DNA of 64,000 nucleotides from Octopus sinensis (lineage: Eukaryota): positions 151,404,001-151,468,000 of the forward strand of contig NC_042998.1 of the NCBI RefSeq assembly GCF_006345805.1, in the 5' to 3' direction. The position numbers and the translations under genes are program-made. Shown one piece after another: positions 13,092 through 26,806 of the stretch (its first letter is position 1; every line of letters begins with the position of its first letter). A model generated the notes under the pieces. The model did no database searches. It was not told where the DNA came from and saw only the letters and a list, made by a program, of their open reading frames with translations.

Positions 13092-13262
13092 GTGCATTAT
13101 GTATACATGCACATATATACACACATATAAACGCGCACATGTATGTATATTTATATGTAAATATCTATGTAAAAAATGTATGTGTTTGGCGTATATGTAT
13201 ATATATGTGTGTATAAGTACACACATATATATATATATGTGTGTACATATATATGTGTGTAC

Positions 13263-13316
<54 letters not shown>

Positions 13317-14339
13317 ACATATACATATATATATATACATAAATGTGTGTGTATGTTCCTATGTGTATGCGAGTGCTTGTGTGTATGTGTTGGTTCTTTT
13401 CCTTACATATATTCCTATGAATATATATACACGCTGATACTGAGAAGTAGCGACACAAACATACAATATCTCAGACTAGAAACACACACACAAAAACTCA
13501 CACACGAATGCGCGGGCGCTCACACATATATACACACAACTGGTGTTTGTCACTGTATCACATGAAATAATCTTTTATTAAGAAGGTTCCATTTACGTTT
13601 CTATATAAATATATGTATGTACGTATGTATGTATGTATGTATGTATGTATGTATATATATATATATTATATTATATATTATATTTATATATATATATATG
13701 AGTGTGTGTGTAAATATACTTACACAGAGATATATACATATGCACACACACAAATAAACTAACGATCACAAACGTACACATACACGAGTCTGTATGTGTT
13801 TGTGTAATACCCATGAAAATTATCCAGGTGTATATTTGCCTAGTTTTAATAATAATGTCTGTGCGGTAGGCCTTACATTTTCTTCATGTCTCTCATACTG
13901 TCCTCTTTCAATTATCCTCTTACCATTTACTTCGAGTTTTCTGTTGTTTTTTTTTATGTTTCTTGTTGTCTTTCAGTACTTTTCACCAATTTCAGATGAG
14001 CATACTGTCGCAGAAGATTCCTTCGAGTTATTGTTGTATAGCCCCAAAAGTGTTATTGTTGGTTACACTCTGGATGTATCTGTGGTGAAAAATGTTTATT
14101 CCATAAGCTTCGTATCTTTTTTTAACGAGAACAACATTGGCCTCTGTATAATTTTTAAGTCACATATGTGTTCTCCTCCTCCTGTATTGCAGGAGAGAGA
14201 ACCTTTCCTTCATCGTACAAGTTATCAGTGTGTGAGTATGCGCGCGCGTGAGTGTGTTTATGCCAATATGTAAATATTTACACGGGAGTCTATACACATT
14301 TGTGTGTATATGTATCTGCACATGTGACTGTACTTACAG

Positions 14340-14562
14340 GTTCCTGCGTAGTTCCTTACATGTTCGGCACTGTAGCAATGTTGAATAACTGTAGTCGAAT
14401 GAACGGTTCCAGTAGTTGTTCTGTTTAAGCCTGGTTTTTGTTCTATTCGGGTCTTTTGTTGAAAGTTACAGGGACATAAACACACCAACACCAGTTGTCA
14501 ACCGACGGCGGGGAACAAACACAAGCACAAAGATACACGCACATACATAAATGACGACGATG

Positions 14563-14626
<64 letters not shown>

Positions 14627-14828
14627 TATGTATGTATGTTTATATGTGTGTGTATGTATGTATGTATGTATGTATGTATGTATGTATAAGACGGGCTTCT
14701 TTCAGTTTCCGTCTAATATATTCACTCACAAGGCTTTGGTAGGTCCAAGGCTAAAGTAGAAAACATTTCTCAAGGTACCACGCAGTGGGACTAAACCTGG
14801 AGCCATGTGGTTGCTTACCACACAGTCT
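14340..14828 (-). mobile_element. Diverged SINE family A
   Basis: GGGACATAAACACACCA...GACGGGCTTCTTTCAGTTTCCGTCTA...CCACGCAGTGGGACT. Confidence 0.8.
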
Positions 14829-15179
14829 ATGCATACATACATACATACATACATACATACATACATACATACATACATACATACATACATACTGCTCCAC
14901 CGCAGTTATGCCCCTTTACTCCCATATTGATTCTACTTTTCTCCTTTTCCGATGTTCAAGACATTGTCCCAGTATGGCCGCAGTTCAATGACTACAAACA
15001 GTAAAAAAAGAATAATAAGAACAAATTTTTATTTTAAGAAAAGCAATCTCTTGAAGACAATCAGCGAAGTCTATCGATTAAAGGGTGGCGGTGTAAGTAG
15101 AATAGACAACAGGGAGAGGAGTATGAGCAGGAGGAGGAGGAGAAAAGTGAGGGGGAGTTAATAGCTTCTCGATCAATGA

Positions 15180-15916
15180 AAACTACTGTAATTATTGTGG
15201 TTATCTTCGTGATCGTTGTGTTCGACGTCATCTCCATTATCGTACTTGTAATCATCATCATCATCGTCGTCGTCGTCGTAGTCGTCATCATGACCACGAT
15301 CACGATCACCACTATCATTGTCATCATCCTACGTTGTTGTCGATATCACCGTTGCCGTCGTGGCCGTCGTCATCCAGATCATGAACATGATCATCATGAT
15401 TCTCCACCTCCTCCATCTTATCCACCTCATCATCACCATCAAAACCACCATCACCACCAGTCACCGTTATCATCCTAATCATCATCTTCATTGTCATCGT
15501 CATCATCATCATTGTCGTTTCTGCCGTCATCTTGATTATGAACATGATCGTCATGAACCTCCCCTTCCTCTTCCGCTTCCGCCACCTCCTATCTCTCATC
15601 ATCACCACCACCACCACCATCATCATCATCAATGTCACCATATCCGTCATTAACTTCGTCCTTGCTTGTGACATTGTTATCGTTGTCATCGTCGTGGTCG
15701 TCGCTTAAATTTTTTTTCTCTGTGTCGAGTTTTTGTTATTTTATTCGTATTGTCGTTATTGCTGCAATTATTATCTTTGTTCTTGTTTTTCTTATTGTTC
15801 TCTTTGTTGTTTTTGTTGTTGTTGTTTCTGTCATAGTTATTATTGATGTTATTTTTGTTTCTTTTATCACGTCTGAAAAATAACGATCAAGATCAAAACG
15901 AGACAGAAGAAAAGAA

Positions 15917-15949
<33 letters not shown>

Positions 15950-15984
15950 CATTATTATTATTATTATTATTATTATCATCATCA

Positions 15985-16054
<70 letters not shown>

Positions 16055-16110
16055 CATCATTGTTGTTGTTGTTGTTGTTATTGCTGTTGATGGCGGCGGT
16101 GGTGGTGGTG
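15180..16110. repeat. (ATC)n/(ATT)n/(GTT)n low-complexity tract
   Basis: Visible directly. Confidence 0.9.
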
Positions 16111-19100
16111 TGTTGTGGTATTTCTTTTAGGGTTTTTGTGGACATCCACGTTCATGTTTCTCGTTTACGACCAGCAAAGAACGACCACTCTGTTTATCAT
16201 GGAAGCCAACGGTTGAAGAACAAACGTAGATGCTTGAGGTCTTGTGAACAAGAAAATTTCCTTTTTCTTTGTTGTTATATATGTATATTTTCTATTGCCA
16301 AGACCAAGCAACACAGAAGAATAACAAGCAGTTATTACTAATACAACCAGTAGCTATATGTCGTACAAATTTAACACCTGTAAAACCCATTAATGGCGAA
16401 ACTCCTCTTACTGACATCAGACAGGTTGTGTCACGAGAATTTGGAACAGAGTCGTAGAAAAAGAGAAGCCAGCAAGTTTATATGATCTGGTTCATGCATT
16501 CAAGTTACTGTGGACAATTAAAAGCCATCAGTTTCCTCATCAAAATCGCGAGGACGATTCTGAAAAATGCCAGTATACGGTAATGAATTCATTTTCAACG
16601 ATTCAGCGCCATACCAGTTTTTACAAGAGTAACGTGTTAACTGAATGAGATATGCTATTTCTAGTATATAAAGCAACCATGGAGAGACGTTCTTGCTGGA
16701 CTTTTCTTGATTGCTGCCGCGTAGACATTATTTTAACGAAGTAGTGACAGAGACTTGTCAACCAATTGTTGTCTGTCGTGACTCTCATCATAGATGGACA
16801 GGGACAAAAGACACCGCCCATAGTGTCTAACAGATAAAATCTTTTGACTCGGCTTGATGCTGTGCATCTGGATCAATTCCATCCCAGGCACAAATTTTCT
16901 CTTCTTTATACCCACAAAAGCAGCTGAACCATATCATGAAACATGTTTGCAGAAGGATTCGAAATCAGCAATATTAACGAAACACACATCAGTTTTACTG
17001 ATGAACTTAGAGTTACGCTTCTCCCCGTGGTAGTGAATCTGATCTAATTCTGTTGTTATGCACATTGTACAGCAATAGGAATAAAACACAAAACAACGAG
17101 TCTATTGTTAGTCATATAGCCCCATGGCGACTCAGCAAGTTACAACACTAATAGTAAGTTAATGTTATTGTTTGTTACTATATAAGGAGAAAAGGAAGTT
17201 GGCTGTATGAAGACACATTGTTCAGTCACTAAATGCAATATCTCAATTACTTTGAATACAGGGTCATCCCTTGGACGTCAACTAGACATTCTCGTTCATG
17301 TCAATAACTTTTAAATGAGGTCTTTTTATGACTGATAAATAAATGTTACCTAAAGCCTGTATCAGTTACTGCACAGTTCTGTTGATATGGTATGAAGTGG
17401 ATTACAATCTCACCCTGGATAGGACACCAGTATACTGCAGATAAAAATTTACCTGAAGGGTCTGCTACATATCTTCAACAACTTGGTTAATGACGAAGAT
17501 TCTATGTATTCACTCGGCCTACTAGAAATAACAACCAAATCTCCCTCCTACTCCATCTAAAGCACTCATTGCAGTTTTAAATTGGCAGTATGGTTACAGC
17601 CGGAACGACTTTGATCATGCTCGAACAGGGTAGAGTTGTGACTCAGCAACCACAGCTTGATAAACAACAGCATATACAGTGAAAAAAATATTGCCCCGTA
17701 GCAACAGCGAAATATTTTCAGCGCATTTGAAGTTACAAAGTTTTGGTTACGGTATAGCTTATCTGATCAAGCGTGTTGTCTTTACGGTCGTTTAATGAAT
17801 AACATATTTATGGTTTCCCAAGAGATATTAATTTATTGCTAAATATAGGAAGATGTGATACTTTAAAACAAGTGTAAATGATGAGTGTCTCTTCTCAACG
17901 GAAACCTGCTTAGTTTCCGTGGTCACCTAATATTTAGGTCACGTTGATTGCAGCAGTAAACAAGCCCACGCTTCTTGGTCAACCTTATTGATGAACTTGT
18001 ATTTAAATTTCTTTTTACCATAGAGGAGGTAGTCACTACATCCATTTGATTTTTTTATTGGCTTTACGTGGTCGCTCTACCAGACAGAAATAACAGTCAA
18101 TCATCTTCAAAGGATAGCCTACTGTGTTAAAAAACGGATTCCATTCGATAATATAGTCCAGGGTACATATGGCTAGATTAAAAAAAAACGCACAGGATGG
18201 TCACAACTCGATTGTCTATCATCCATAGCTCTGCTGAACGAGTGCTGACCTAGGACTATACAACATCAAGTAAAAAGTTTGACCTACCAACTTAGAAAAG
18301 AATTATACTGTTCTGGTATTACTGTGTCTGGTAAGATGTTTGGTCACGGTTAGAGTATCTTGGACAATGAACTATACAATAACAAGTGTGTAAAATTATT
18401 GCTATGGGGTAATCGTATGCTGGCTCAGTTTTATCTATTGGTTCTCTCTCCGGAGATACAATTTCTGCCGTCATTGACACAAAATCGACTTCCAGGGTGG
18501 GCTTTCTTAATATTTCTTATAGAACGGAATACAGGTCACAGCGTCAATGTACTGAGACAGATTACTCGAGTTTCTACGGTTGACTAATGAATGTATTGAC
18601 CATCGGCCAGTTGACCAGATGTTGGCTTCATCCAACGGGTATATATATAGCGAGAACAATGTTTTACATGTGTAAGCTATCTGTTATCACTCTCAACACT
18701 GAGCGATTTCCGTGTATGAAATTTTTGTCACTGTGGCGCCTGTAACATTTATAGCTGTTGTCACGTGATAATATCAATCAACACGAACGTATGGTGGGGT
18801 GGGAGAGAGTATGTAGGTGGGAGTGTACAGAAATATCCCTTATTACATCATGTAAAACGAGAAAGGGCATAAATCGGTGATTTAATACAGCAAACAACCA
18901 AAAGTATTTATGAAGTCCTCCAACTTCTATATTGACAACGTTTCATAAATCACTATTTCTCTGTTCATTTATCGCCTTTATATAATTCTATGTAGGAACA
19001 CAACAGGTAAACCTAGGACCTAGGAGTTCCTCCATTTTGACATTATTGTTGTGTTCTCTGTTTCGTTTCAGGCAAAGTCAGGATATAAACTCACGAGGAT

Positions 19101-19684
19101 TTATAAATGCCACGGTTTATAATTTCCTTCGCCATAAATTCATGATTTAGACATTTTTGTTTTATTCTATCAATCCCATTCACCGTAAACAATATTTTCT
19201 CTTCTATGTTTTGCTGCTTCGGTCTGATTTGAAAGTACTTTACGAAAGTATTCACTTACTTCCGATTTTCACCGCCTAGAATTCTCTTAAAGAGACATAT
19301 TCATAAAGGGGAAGGTGCAAATGCCTGGGTAGGTAAAATAACGGACAATCCCTTGGGAAGGTATTGCTTTATCTCCTGTCAAAAGCACGACGTTCTGCCC
19401 GTGACTGACACAGAGTTTTCAAATGATTCAGTTTCTTTAGTTGTAAATATGGACAGCAATGGCGGCAATGCTGTTGGCGTTTTGATGCATTTTTTAAAGT
19501 TTGTCTGCGAATGAAATGTTTTTACGATGCTAATGAAATATTGGTTTGAGGTGTTGTTCATGAATCTGAGTGGTTGGGAGTGGTTTTTCGAAGTAAAGTC
19601 TGTCCGAGGAAGCCAAGGCTTACTGCGGCAACAAACTGGACACAGCTCACGTACAAGGGAGAGAATTTCAAGTTTAGAATAATT

Positions 19685-19790
19685 GATCTGTGGGTGTGGT
19701 CTGTATACAGCCTCCTGTGTCTCATTGTAGGTGTGGTCTGTATTTAACCACTTACTTCTCATTGGTCGGTGGGTAGGGGCTAAAAACAAT
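19685..19790 (-). promoter_or_regulatory. Candidate promoter: CCAAT box and duplicated ACCACACC GT-boxes
   Basis: Imperfect tandem unit CAATGAGA...TACAGACCACACC twice at the edge of a repeat-free island; downstream donor GAA|GTAAGT at 19260/19259. Confidence 0.3.
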
Positions 19791-19999
19791 CTGTTATGAT
19801 GTTTCGTGCCGATGTTTTACATCTTATTGTGATGTAATGCGAATCAGTGGTGGGGAAAGGTAACTAAGCAGGACCGACAGGTTCCACGATAGATCTAATG
19901 CTTTGTTTATACATCATTGTTATTGTTCTTCCTGTTGGTCAAATATGGTGGCTGGGAATGTTCTACCTGTGTCTGGATTGTTTGGCTTTCCTGACATGA

Positions 20000-20863
20000 T
20001 CATGATCATGACGATGATTATGATAACGACGACGACGACGACGACGACGATGATAATAATGGTAATAATAATTACTAAAGCAAGGCCAGAAAAAAAGAAA
20101 TAAAACCATCATGATCAACTAATTCGGCGCTACCAATGTTATAAAACACACCTTCTGTAGCAGTAACAGCAGCAGCACCAACGTCAGCAACAACAGCAAC
20201 ATTAAATATAATCAATAACAACAGAAATAAAAGAGAAAAATAAATAGACCAAACATAAAATGACAACTGTATGATCGTTTCTGGTGTAGCATCAGCAACA
20301 GTATTATTACAATGAGGACGATGACAAGCATAACAACAACAACACAACAACAACAACAACACAACAACAGCAACAACAACAACAACAACAACAACAGTTT
20401 CAAACTGACAGGATCAAAACAAAATGATAACGAACAGCAAGTACAACGACAACGACGGCATGAAAACGACGGCAGATAAATTAAAAATAAAAAATTCCGC
20501 AAGAAACAGCAGCAGCAACAGCAGCAATAACAGCAACAGCAACAGTAGCAGCAGCAAAGACAATGATAGCGGCAACGGCAGCAGCAGTATTTTGCAAATC
20601 CCTGTAACGGAAGAACACCAGATCACCAGATCAAGAGTAACAATAACAACAATAACGACAACAAGAATAGCGACAACAGAACAGATATGACCTCAAAGAC
20701 AATAACAACATAAACAACAACAAGAGTGTCAAATAATTTTTTTTAAAATTCATCAAATTCTCTTCCACATTCACAGCGTCAATAACGAAAGAGAAAAATA
20801 AGAAAAAAAGATGACTACAGCAACAACTACAACAAAGATAATAATAATATAATAATAATAATG

Positions 20864-20920
<57 letters not shown>

Positions 20921-20926
20921 GGAATG

Positions 20927-20962
<36 letters not shown>

Positions 20963-20982
20963 GGAATGATAATAATAATAAT

Positions 20983-21015
<33 letters not shown>

Positions 21016-21320
21016 AAGAGAAGAAGAAGAAGAAGAAGAAGAAGAAGAAGAAGAAGAAGAAGATGAAGAAGACGACGACGACGAATATTAAATTTGCAGC
21101 CACTAGGAGAGCAGCAGTCGCAGTAACGATAGCAACAACATCAACATCTCCCCTACCACCACCACCACACCACCACCACCACCGACAACAACAACAACAC
21201 TAACAACAACAACACTAACAACAACAACTGCAGCAGTGACAAAACCGCAACAGCACTACAATGACCAACACCACTAGCATAAAAAATAACACATGTGACA
21301 CCAATAATGATAATACTTCT
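20000..21320. repeat. (AAC)n/(AAT)n/(AAG)n/(ACC)n low-complexity tract
   Basis: Visible directly. Confidence 0.9.
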
Positions 21321-21324
21321 TTCT

Positions 21325-21541
21325 ACTAAAGGCACAAGGTCTGAAATTTTGGTGGAGAGGACTAATCGATTACATCGACCCCAATGTTCCCCAGTGTTTC
21401 ATTGGTACTTAATTTATCGATCCTGAAAGGATGAAGGGTAAAGTCGACCTTGACGGAATTTGAACTCAGAACGTAGCGGCAGACGAAATACCATTAATCA
21501 TTTCGCCCGGTGTGCTAACGACTCTGCCAGCTCGCCGCCTT
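21325..21541 (-). mobile_element. tRNA-derived SINE family B
   Basis: Minus-strand head AAGGCGGCGAGCTGGCAGAGTCGTTAGC...GTTCTGAGTTCAAATTCC (B-box-like). Confidence 0.88.
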
Positions 21542-21571
21542 ACCCAATAATAATAATAATAATAATAATAA

Positions 21572-21605
<34 letters not shown>

Positions 21606-21715
21606 TAGTAGTAGTAGTACTACTACTACTACTACTAACAACAACAACAACAACAGCAACAGCAACAACAACAACAACAGCAGCAGCAGCAACAACAACA
21701 ACAACAATAATAATA

Positions 21716-22565
21716 AAGCTCAGGGCTAAAAGCAGAGAGTGAAGGTTTCATATTAGCTGCTCAAGACCAAAGCTTATTAACCCGGAACTACCAAGCCAAT
21801 GTGATGAAAAATGGAGCTGACCCAAAATGCCGATTCTGTAACGATGAGATTGAAACAATAGACCACCTAATCTCAGGGTGTAGAGTCTTAGCACCAGCAG
21901 AATATAAAGCAAGACATGACAGAGTCGGCCAGTATTTACATTGGACAATATGTCGGCATTATAAAATCAAAACCGCTGACAAATGGTATAAACACCATCC
22001 TGAAGCTGTGACTGAGGGAGAAAATGTGTCGATTCTATGGGACTTCCCCGTGCAGACCGACAGGACTATAAAAGCTAATAAACCGGATATTATTATAAAA
22101 GATCAGACAAATAGGATGTGTTTATTAATTGACATGAGTATTCCCTGTGATCACAATATAGCGGCGAAAGAATTTGACAAGATTAGTAAATATAAAGACC
22201 TGCTAATAGAAATTGAAAAAATGTGGCATCTCAAGGCGACTACAGTACCAGTGATTGTAGGATCTCTAGGAATGATAAAAAAAAAGGTACTGAAACCTAT
22301 TTGAAAATGATTCCAGGCTTACCATCCCTACAGGAAGTGCAAAAAATCGTATTAACTGGAACGGCTCATGTACTGAGAAGAGCACTATCGCTGTGAAAAT
22401 AACATCCATCCATGAATTTATTTATTTATTAATTTTTAAATACATATTTTATCTGTGAATTTGCGCGTGTAATCTGGGAATGCATGCAATGCCCTTCTCT
22501 GCCCTAGGTGTATGGAAAACACTCGACGAGAAACGGAAGAAAATTTGGAGAAAGAAGGAAAAAAC
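21716..22565 (+). mobile_element. 5'-truncated RLE-type non-LTR retrotransposon (R4/Dong-like) in (AAT)n
   Basis: AAQDQSL..CRFC..ETIDHLISGC (CCHC), RHD, KPDIIIKD..CLLIDMSIP, KISKY; +1 slip in a poly-A near 22280; stop 22394-22396; (AAT)n on both sides. Confidence 0.88.
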
Positions 22566-22592
22566 ATAATAATAATAATAATAATAATAATA

Positions 22593-23064
22593 GGTATAAA
22601 AGATGGGCTACAGCAAATATTCTGCTCAATACCACAGATTTGCTTGTCAGTTGTTTGACCTTAACCAGTTGAGCATGTCCCTTAGTGGCTGACGATATGT
22701 GCATCTCTGATCACGAGCAGAAGTAGTGGGGGAGAGCATCATAGCCATGTGTTGAGAAGGATTCTTTGGGGTTTGAATAATTCACCTCTGGAAACATGGG
22801 TGTTTCGTTCAACGTCCTTAAACAACCCTTATTCAGGGACCTTTTGAGCGGGATGGGTTACTCGATCTGAAGAAAATTCTAACTGGGCTCCACCTGCAAG
22901 GTCATGTGCTGTTTATCTTGATATGAGATCACCATGTCGCGCACATATGGTTGTGATGCATGTGCCTGGTGTACCCTTATCAGACGGGTAGTCATGATGG
23001 GTATACTGGGCTTCGTATATTTTACCCCAGTGTCACTTTGATGGCATGCTCTGCTCGCTCACTC
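22593..23064. repeat. Unclassified about 470-bp element between (AAT)n runs
   Basis: Complex sequence bounded by (AAT)n on each side; no ORF recognised; single copy in this window. Confidence 0.45.
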
Positions 23065-23417
23065 AATAATAATAATAATAATAATAATAATTTCTTTTAT
23101 TGGCCTCAAGGGCCCAAGACATAGATGACAATATCAAAGGACGGGATGCAACAGAAAAACAGGTGAGGCTTACATCGATGAAAGGGAGACACTACAATAT
23201 TAAATGATATAACAAAGGATATATCACTAGAAATTAGAGAAATACATAATTATTAATAAATAGAATCCTCAGCAGTGGGATAGTTCACTTACGGTAATTC
23301 GGAGTAAACCTCACACAGAAGACCCGGATTATCCTGGCATACTGCTCCCCAATAATATCATTACTAACAACAGTTCTGGCAAAAACTCTAACAGCAGACC
23401 AACAGTAATTAATAATG

Positions 23418-23631
23418 ATTTCAAATTTTGGCACAAAGCCAGCAGTTTCGGGGTACGGGTAAGTTGATTACACGACCCCAATACCCAGCTGGTACTTATT
23501 TCATCAACTTTGAAAGGATAAAAGCAAAGTTGACCTTAGTAGAATTAGAACTCAGACAACGAAGACGGATGAAATGCCGCTAAGCATTTCGCCCAGCGTG
23601 CTAACTAACGATTCTGCCAGCTCGCTGCCTT
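23418..23631 (-). mobile_element. SINE family B
   Basis: Aligns by eye with 21325-21541. Confidence 0.85.
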
Positions 23632-23778
23632 GAAACAGAAATTAAGAATAACACTAACTTAATAGACCAACGCTGCGACAACTACAAAATAATAGCACTT
23701 ATAACGTTAGCAGTGATAGTAGTTACTGTAAACAGCACGACCAGCAATAACACAAACATAGTTAGGAACAACGTTATA

Positions 23779-25062
23779 CAGGGTGTTCAAAAAGTCTCTC
23801 TCCGTAGTATTTTATTGCAAAATAGATATTTATAAGATGGTATAAGACTAAAAAGGATATATTAGACTTAATAAAGCTTTAAAATAACTTTATAAGAGAT
23901 GTTGAAAGTGTTCTCCTTCATTTTCAATACATAAGTTGATTCTTCTACACATGTTTTGAAATACATCTTGGAGAGTCTGACGCGGTATGGACCGTGTGAA
24001 GGTTATGATTGCGTCTTTTAGCTCATTAATGGTTTTCGGTCGATTCTTGTACACTGATCCTTTACTTGCTCTCCAGGAAAAATAAGTCTGGCGGTGTTAA
24101 ATCAGGCGATCATGGGATCTTGGTGGCCAAAGTCCCTTCGAAATAACCCGTTCACCGATAAACTCTTGAAATAGGGCCAAGGTGATGCGTGAAGTATGTG
24201 CTGTAGTTCCCTCTTGCTGAAAGTAGTCATTATTAATTTCACTTTCAGTGAGTTGGCCTACAAATGGATAGACAATATTTGAGCAATATCTCTCGGTGTT
24301 GATGGCATCTTAAAAAAATATCGGTTCCACAATACGCTTTCTCGAAATTGCTATCCATACTCCAACCTTTTCAGGATGCAGAGGTTGCTCATGAGTCCCG
24401 TGTGGATTCTTAGTGCTCCATAACCTTGTGTTTTGCCGACAGATGAAACCAAGCCTCATCGTTGTAAAAACATCCATCCAGCCCTTCTATGTTTTTTCGG
24501 CAAAAAAGTTTTGGAACCAATGACAATAATGAAGCCTTTTAGCATAATCCGCAGTCTTCAATTCTTGAATGGCCAGCACTTTGTATGGAAAGAAATTGAA
24601 TTTCTTTTTTACTGCCGTGTGAGCACTTCCTAGTCTGATTTCCGTTTCCTGTGACAATTTGCGTAAGGACTTTGACGGGCTTGCAAGCAGTTTATCAGAA
24701 ATATTGGAGAGTGTTTCGTTTGAAAGAACAGTAGACCTACCGCTTCTTGCTGCGTTTTCCACTGAGCTTGTGTTTCTAAATTTTCTGATCAATTCCTGCA
24801 CAGTGTTACTATGTGGAACAACAGTATTTGGAAAAGTTTCACTGAACGTCTCTTTCACAGTATCTGAGTATGTGTTTCCAGCTCGAAACACCTATTCAAC
24901 TAAAAAAGTACGTTCTTCAATAGTTAGCATGTCGACATGCTGAAGGGTACACAATGGCTGATGGTCAATGACTGACATCCGACCGCCCACGCAGTGATCG
25001 CCAAGTTGCGCTTACGCAGGATGAAAACAATCCATTGCGGAGAGAATTTTTGAACGCTCTGC
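23779..25062 (-). mobile_element. Decayed Tc1/mariner DNA transposon (rosa-like)
   Basis: TA then CAGGGTGTTCAAAAAG..CTCTCCGTAGT at left; diverged TIR ATTGCGGAGAGAATTTTTGAACGCTCTG at 25034-25061; transposase motifs NDEAWFHL, W..ISRKRI, FQQEGTTAH, WPPRS..PDLTPPD; about 1.28 kb. Confidence 0.9.
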
Positions 25063-25291
25063 ATTTAAAGATAGTTGCAACACTGACCATGCTAACAGCA
25101 ATACAAACTAAGACAATCAACCACCATAACAATATACCTTCAGTAACAACTATTTTCAAAATAACAATAACAATGACAACAGCGACAACTTTAACAATGG
25201 CGTTACGATTGTTTCTGATAAAGGCAGAAGTTAGGAATTTTGAGTTAGGGACTCCAGTACTTGACTAGTTCTTTACTCTAAGAACCCTTAA

Positions 25292-25614
25292 AGGAGTGGT
25301 TTTCAATCGGGATCCATATAAGGCTTTTGGGGTCTACGCAAGAAAATAGTAAACTGGGGATTCACAGTAGTATTTTAAGGGCTTCGAAAAAAGTTTACTT
25401 TACATGTATGTATTGCAAGACAGCCAGGTTTCGTTCTCTAACATTTTACAAAGTTCAGCCTACACAAGTTATTGTGTAAAACAAAATAGGAATTTTGAAA
25501 GAAGATTCTATAGAACTAGTTTTTAAACATAAAATGACTATGGGGGTCCACCAGAATAAAATAGTAATCAAAATGGTCCATAGATAAAAAAAAAACAATG
25601 GTTGAGAATCCTTG
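25292..25614. mobile_element. hAT (Charlie-like) MITE nested in a SINE B copy
   Basis: Ends GGAGTGGTTTTCAATC / GGTTGAGAATCCTTG; end shared with 41637-41895 (GTCCATAGATAAAAA); SINE B sequence on both sides. Confidence 0.75.
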
Positions 25615-26034
25615 ACTTAAGGATGAAAGCAAAGTTGAAATAGTTAGGATTTGAACTCAGAAAGAGAACCGGAACAAATAACTCACGTCATTTTCCGATG
25701 CTCTAATCCTTTTGTCAGTTCAGTGCCATGATAACGTCAATACTAACACTGGCAACAATGCGAACAGTAAAATATTAATAACAACATCAGGATTAACAAC
25801 AACAGCAACAACTTCAACAATAATAATCTTTACTCGTAAAGGCACAAGGCCTGAAATTTGGTGGGAGGAGGTTAGTCGATTACATTGACCTCAGTACTTG
25901 ACTGGTACACATTTCATCGACCTCCCACCAAAACGATGAAAGAGAAAATTGATCTCAGTGAAAGAATAACAACAATAGCATTGTTTACTATTATAAACAC
26001 TAATAATAACAGCATTGAGTACAACGTTAATAAT

Positions 26035-26806
26035 ATTGGTTACAAATTTCAAAGGCCAGCAATTTCGGGGTAGGGACTAATTCGATTGCATCGACCCCAT
26101 TTTCAACTGGTACTTATTTTATCGACCCCGGAAGGATGAAAGATAAAGTCAACCTCGGCGGAATTTGAACGCAGAATGTATAGACGGACGAAATGCCGCT
26201 AAGCATCTTGCCCGGCGGCGAGAATTTTTTCCCACGAGGATTCCGGACCACAGTTATGAACTTATTTGCATACCGCCAATCAGAGCTCACCTTGACCTTG
26301 TTGTCAAGTTAACAAATGTTGGCATTCAAAATGGCGACCTCCGATTGCTATGCAAATCTTGTATTGTGCTCTCATTCAGATATCAATATCATCGGTACTG
26401 AACACGTACGCTGGTTAGTGGTAAGTTTGAATTACTATAGCAATCAAAGATAATGTTTTCGACGAATATGGAAACTGCTTGAAGGTTTTATAGCTACACA
26501 TTGATTCACTGATACAGATATGGATGCGTGTGTATTGTTAATGTATCACAAATAACTACGCAGCGGCAGCCATGATTGAAACAAGAACAAGAACAAGCAT
26601 CATTAAAAGAGAAAATAAGCATGGTCATTCCTTACCCAAGTGACCTTATCTTATCGTCCATCACTTGTTATGTGCTCATAAATTAGTTTCATAGTTGAGC
26701 TATGATTGGCTGTATGCAAATGAGTTCATAACTGGGATCCGGAAATCTCGTGGGAAAAATTTTTCGCTGCCCGGCGTGCTAATGATTGTATCAGCTCGCT
26801 GCCTTA
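26035..26806 (-). mobile_element. SINE family B split by a MITE
   Basis: ...GCTAAGCATCTTGCCCGGCG resumes as TGCCCGGCGTGCTAATGATT...GCTGCCTT after 26767. Confidence 0.85.
26218..26767. mobile_element. Mutator-like MITE, 550 bp, 72-bp TIRs, 9-bp TSD
   Basis: TIRs 26218-26289 and 26696-26767; TSD TGCCCGGCG at 26209-26217 and 26768-26776. Confidence 0.9.

Noticed and set aside
14338-14420. Apparent minus-strand exon NNYWNRSFDYSYSTLLQCRTCKELRRNL with a GTAAGT donor
   Set aside because: Lies in the diverged 3' part of a SINE A copy; exonisation cannot be shown without RNA data.
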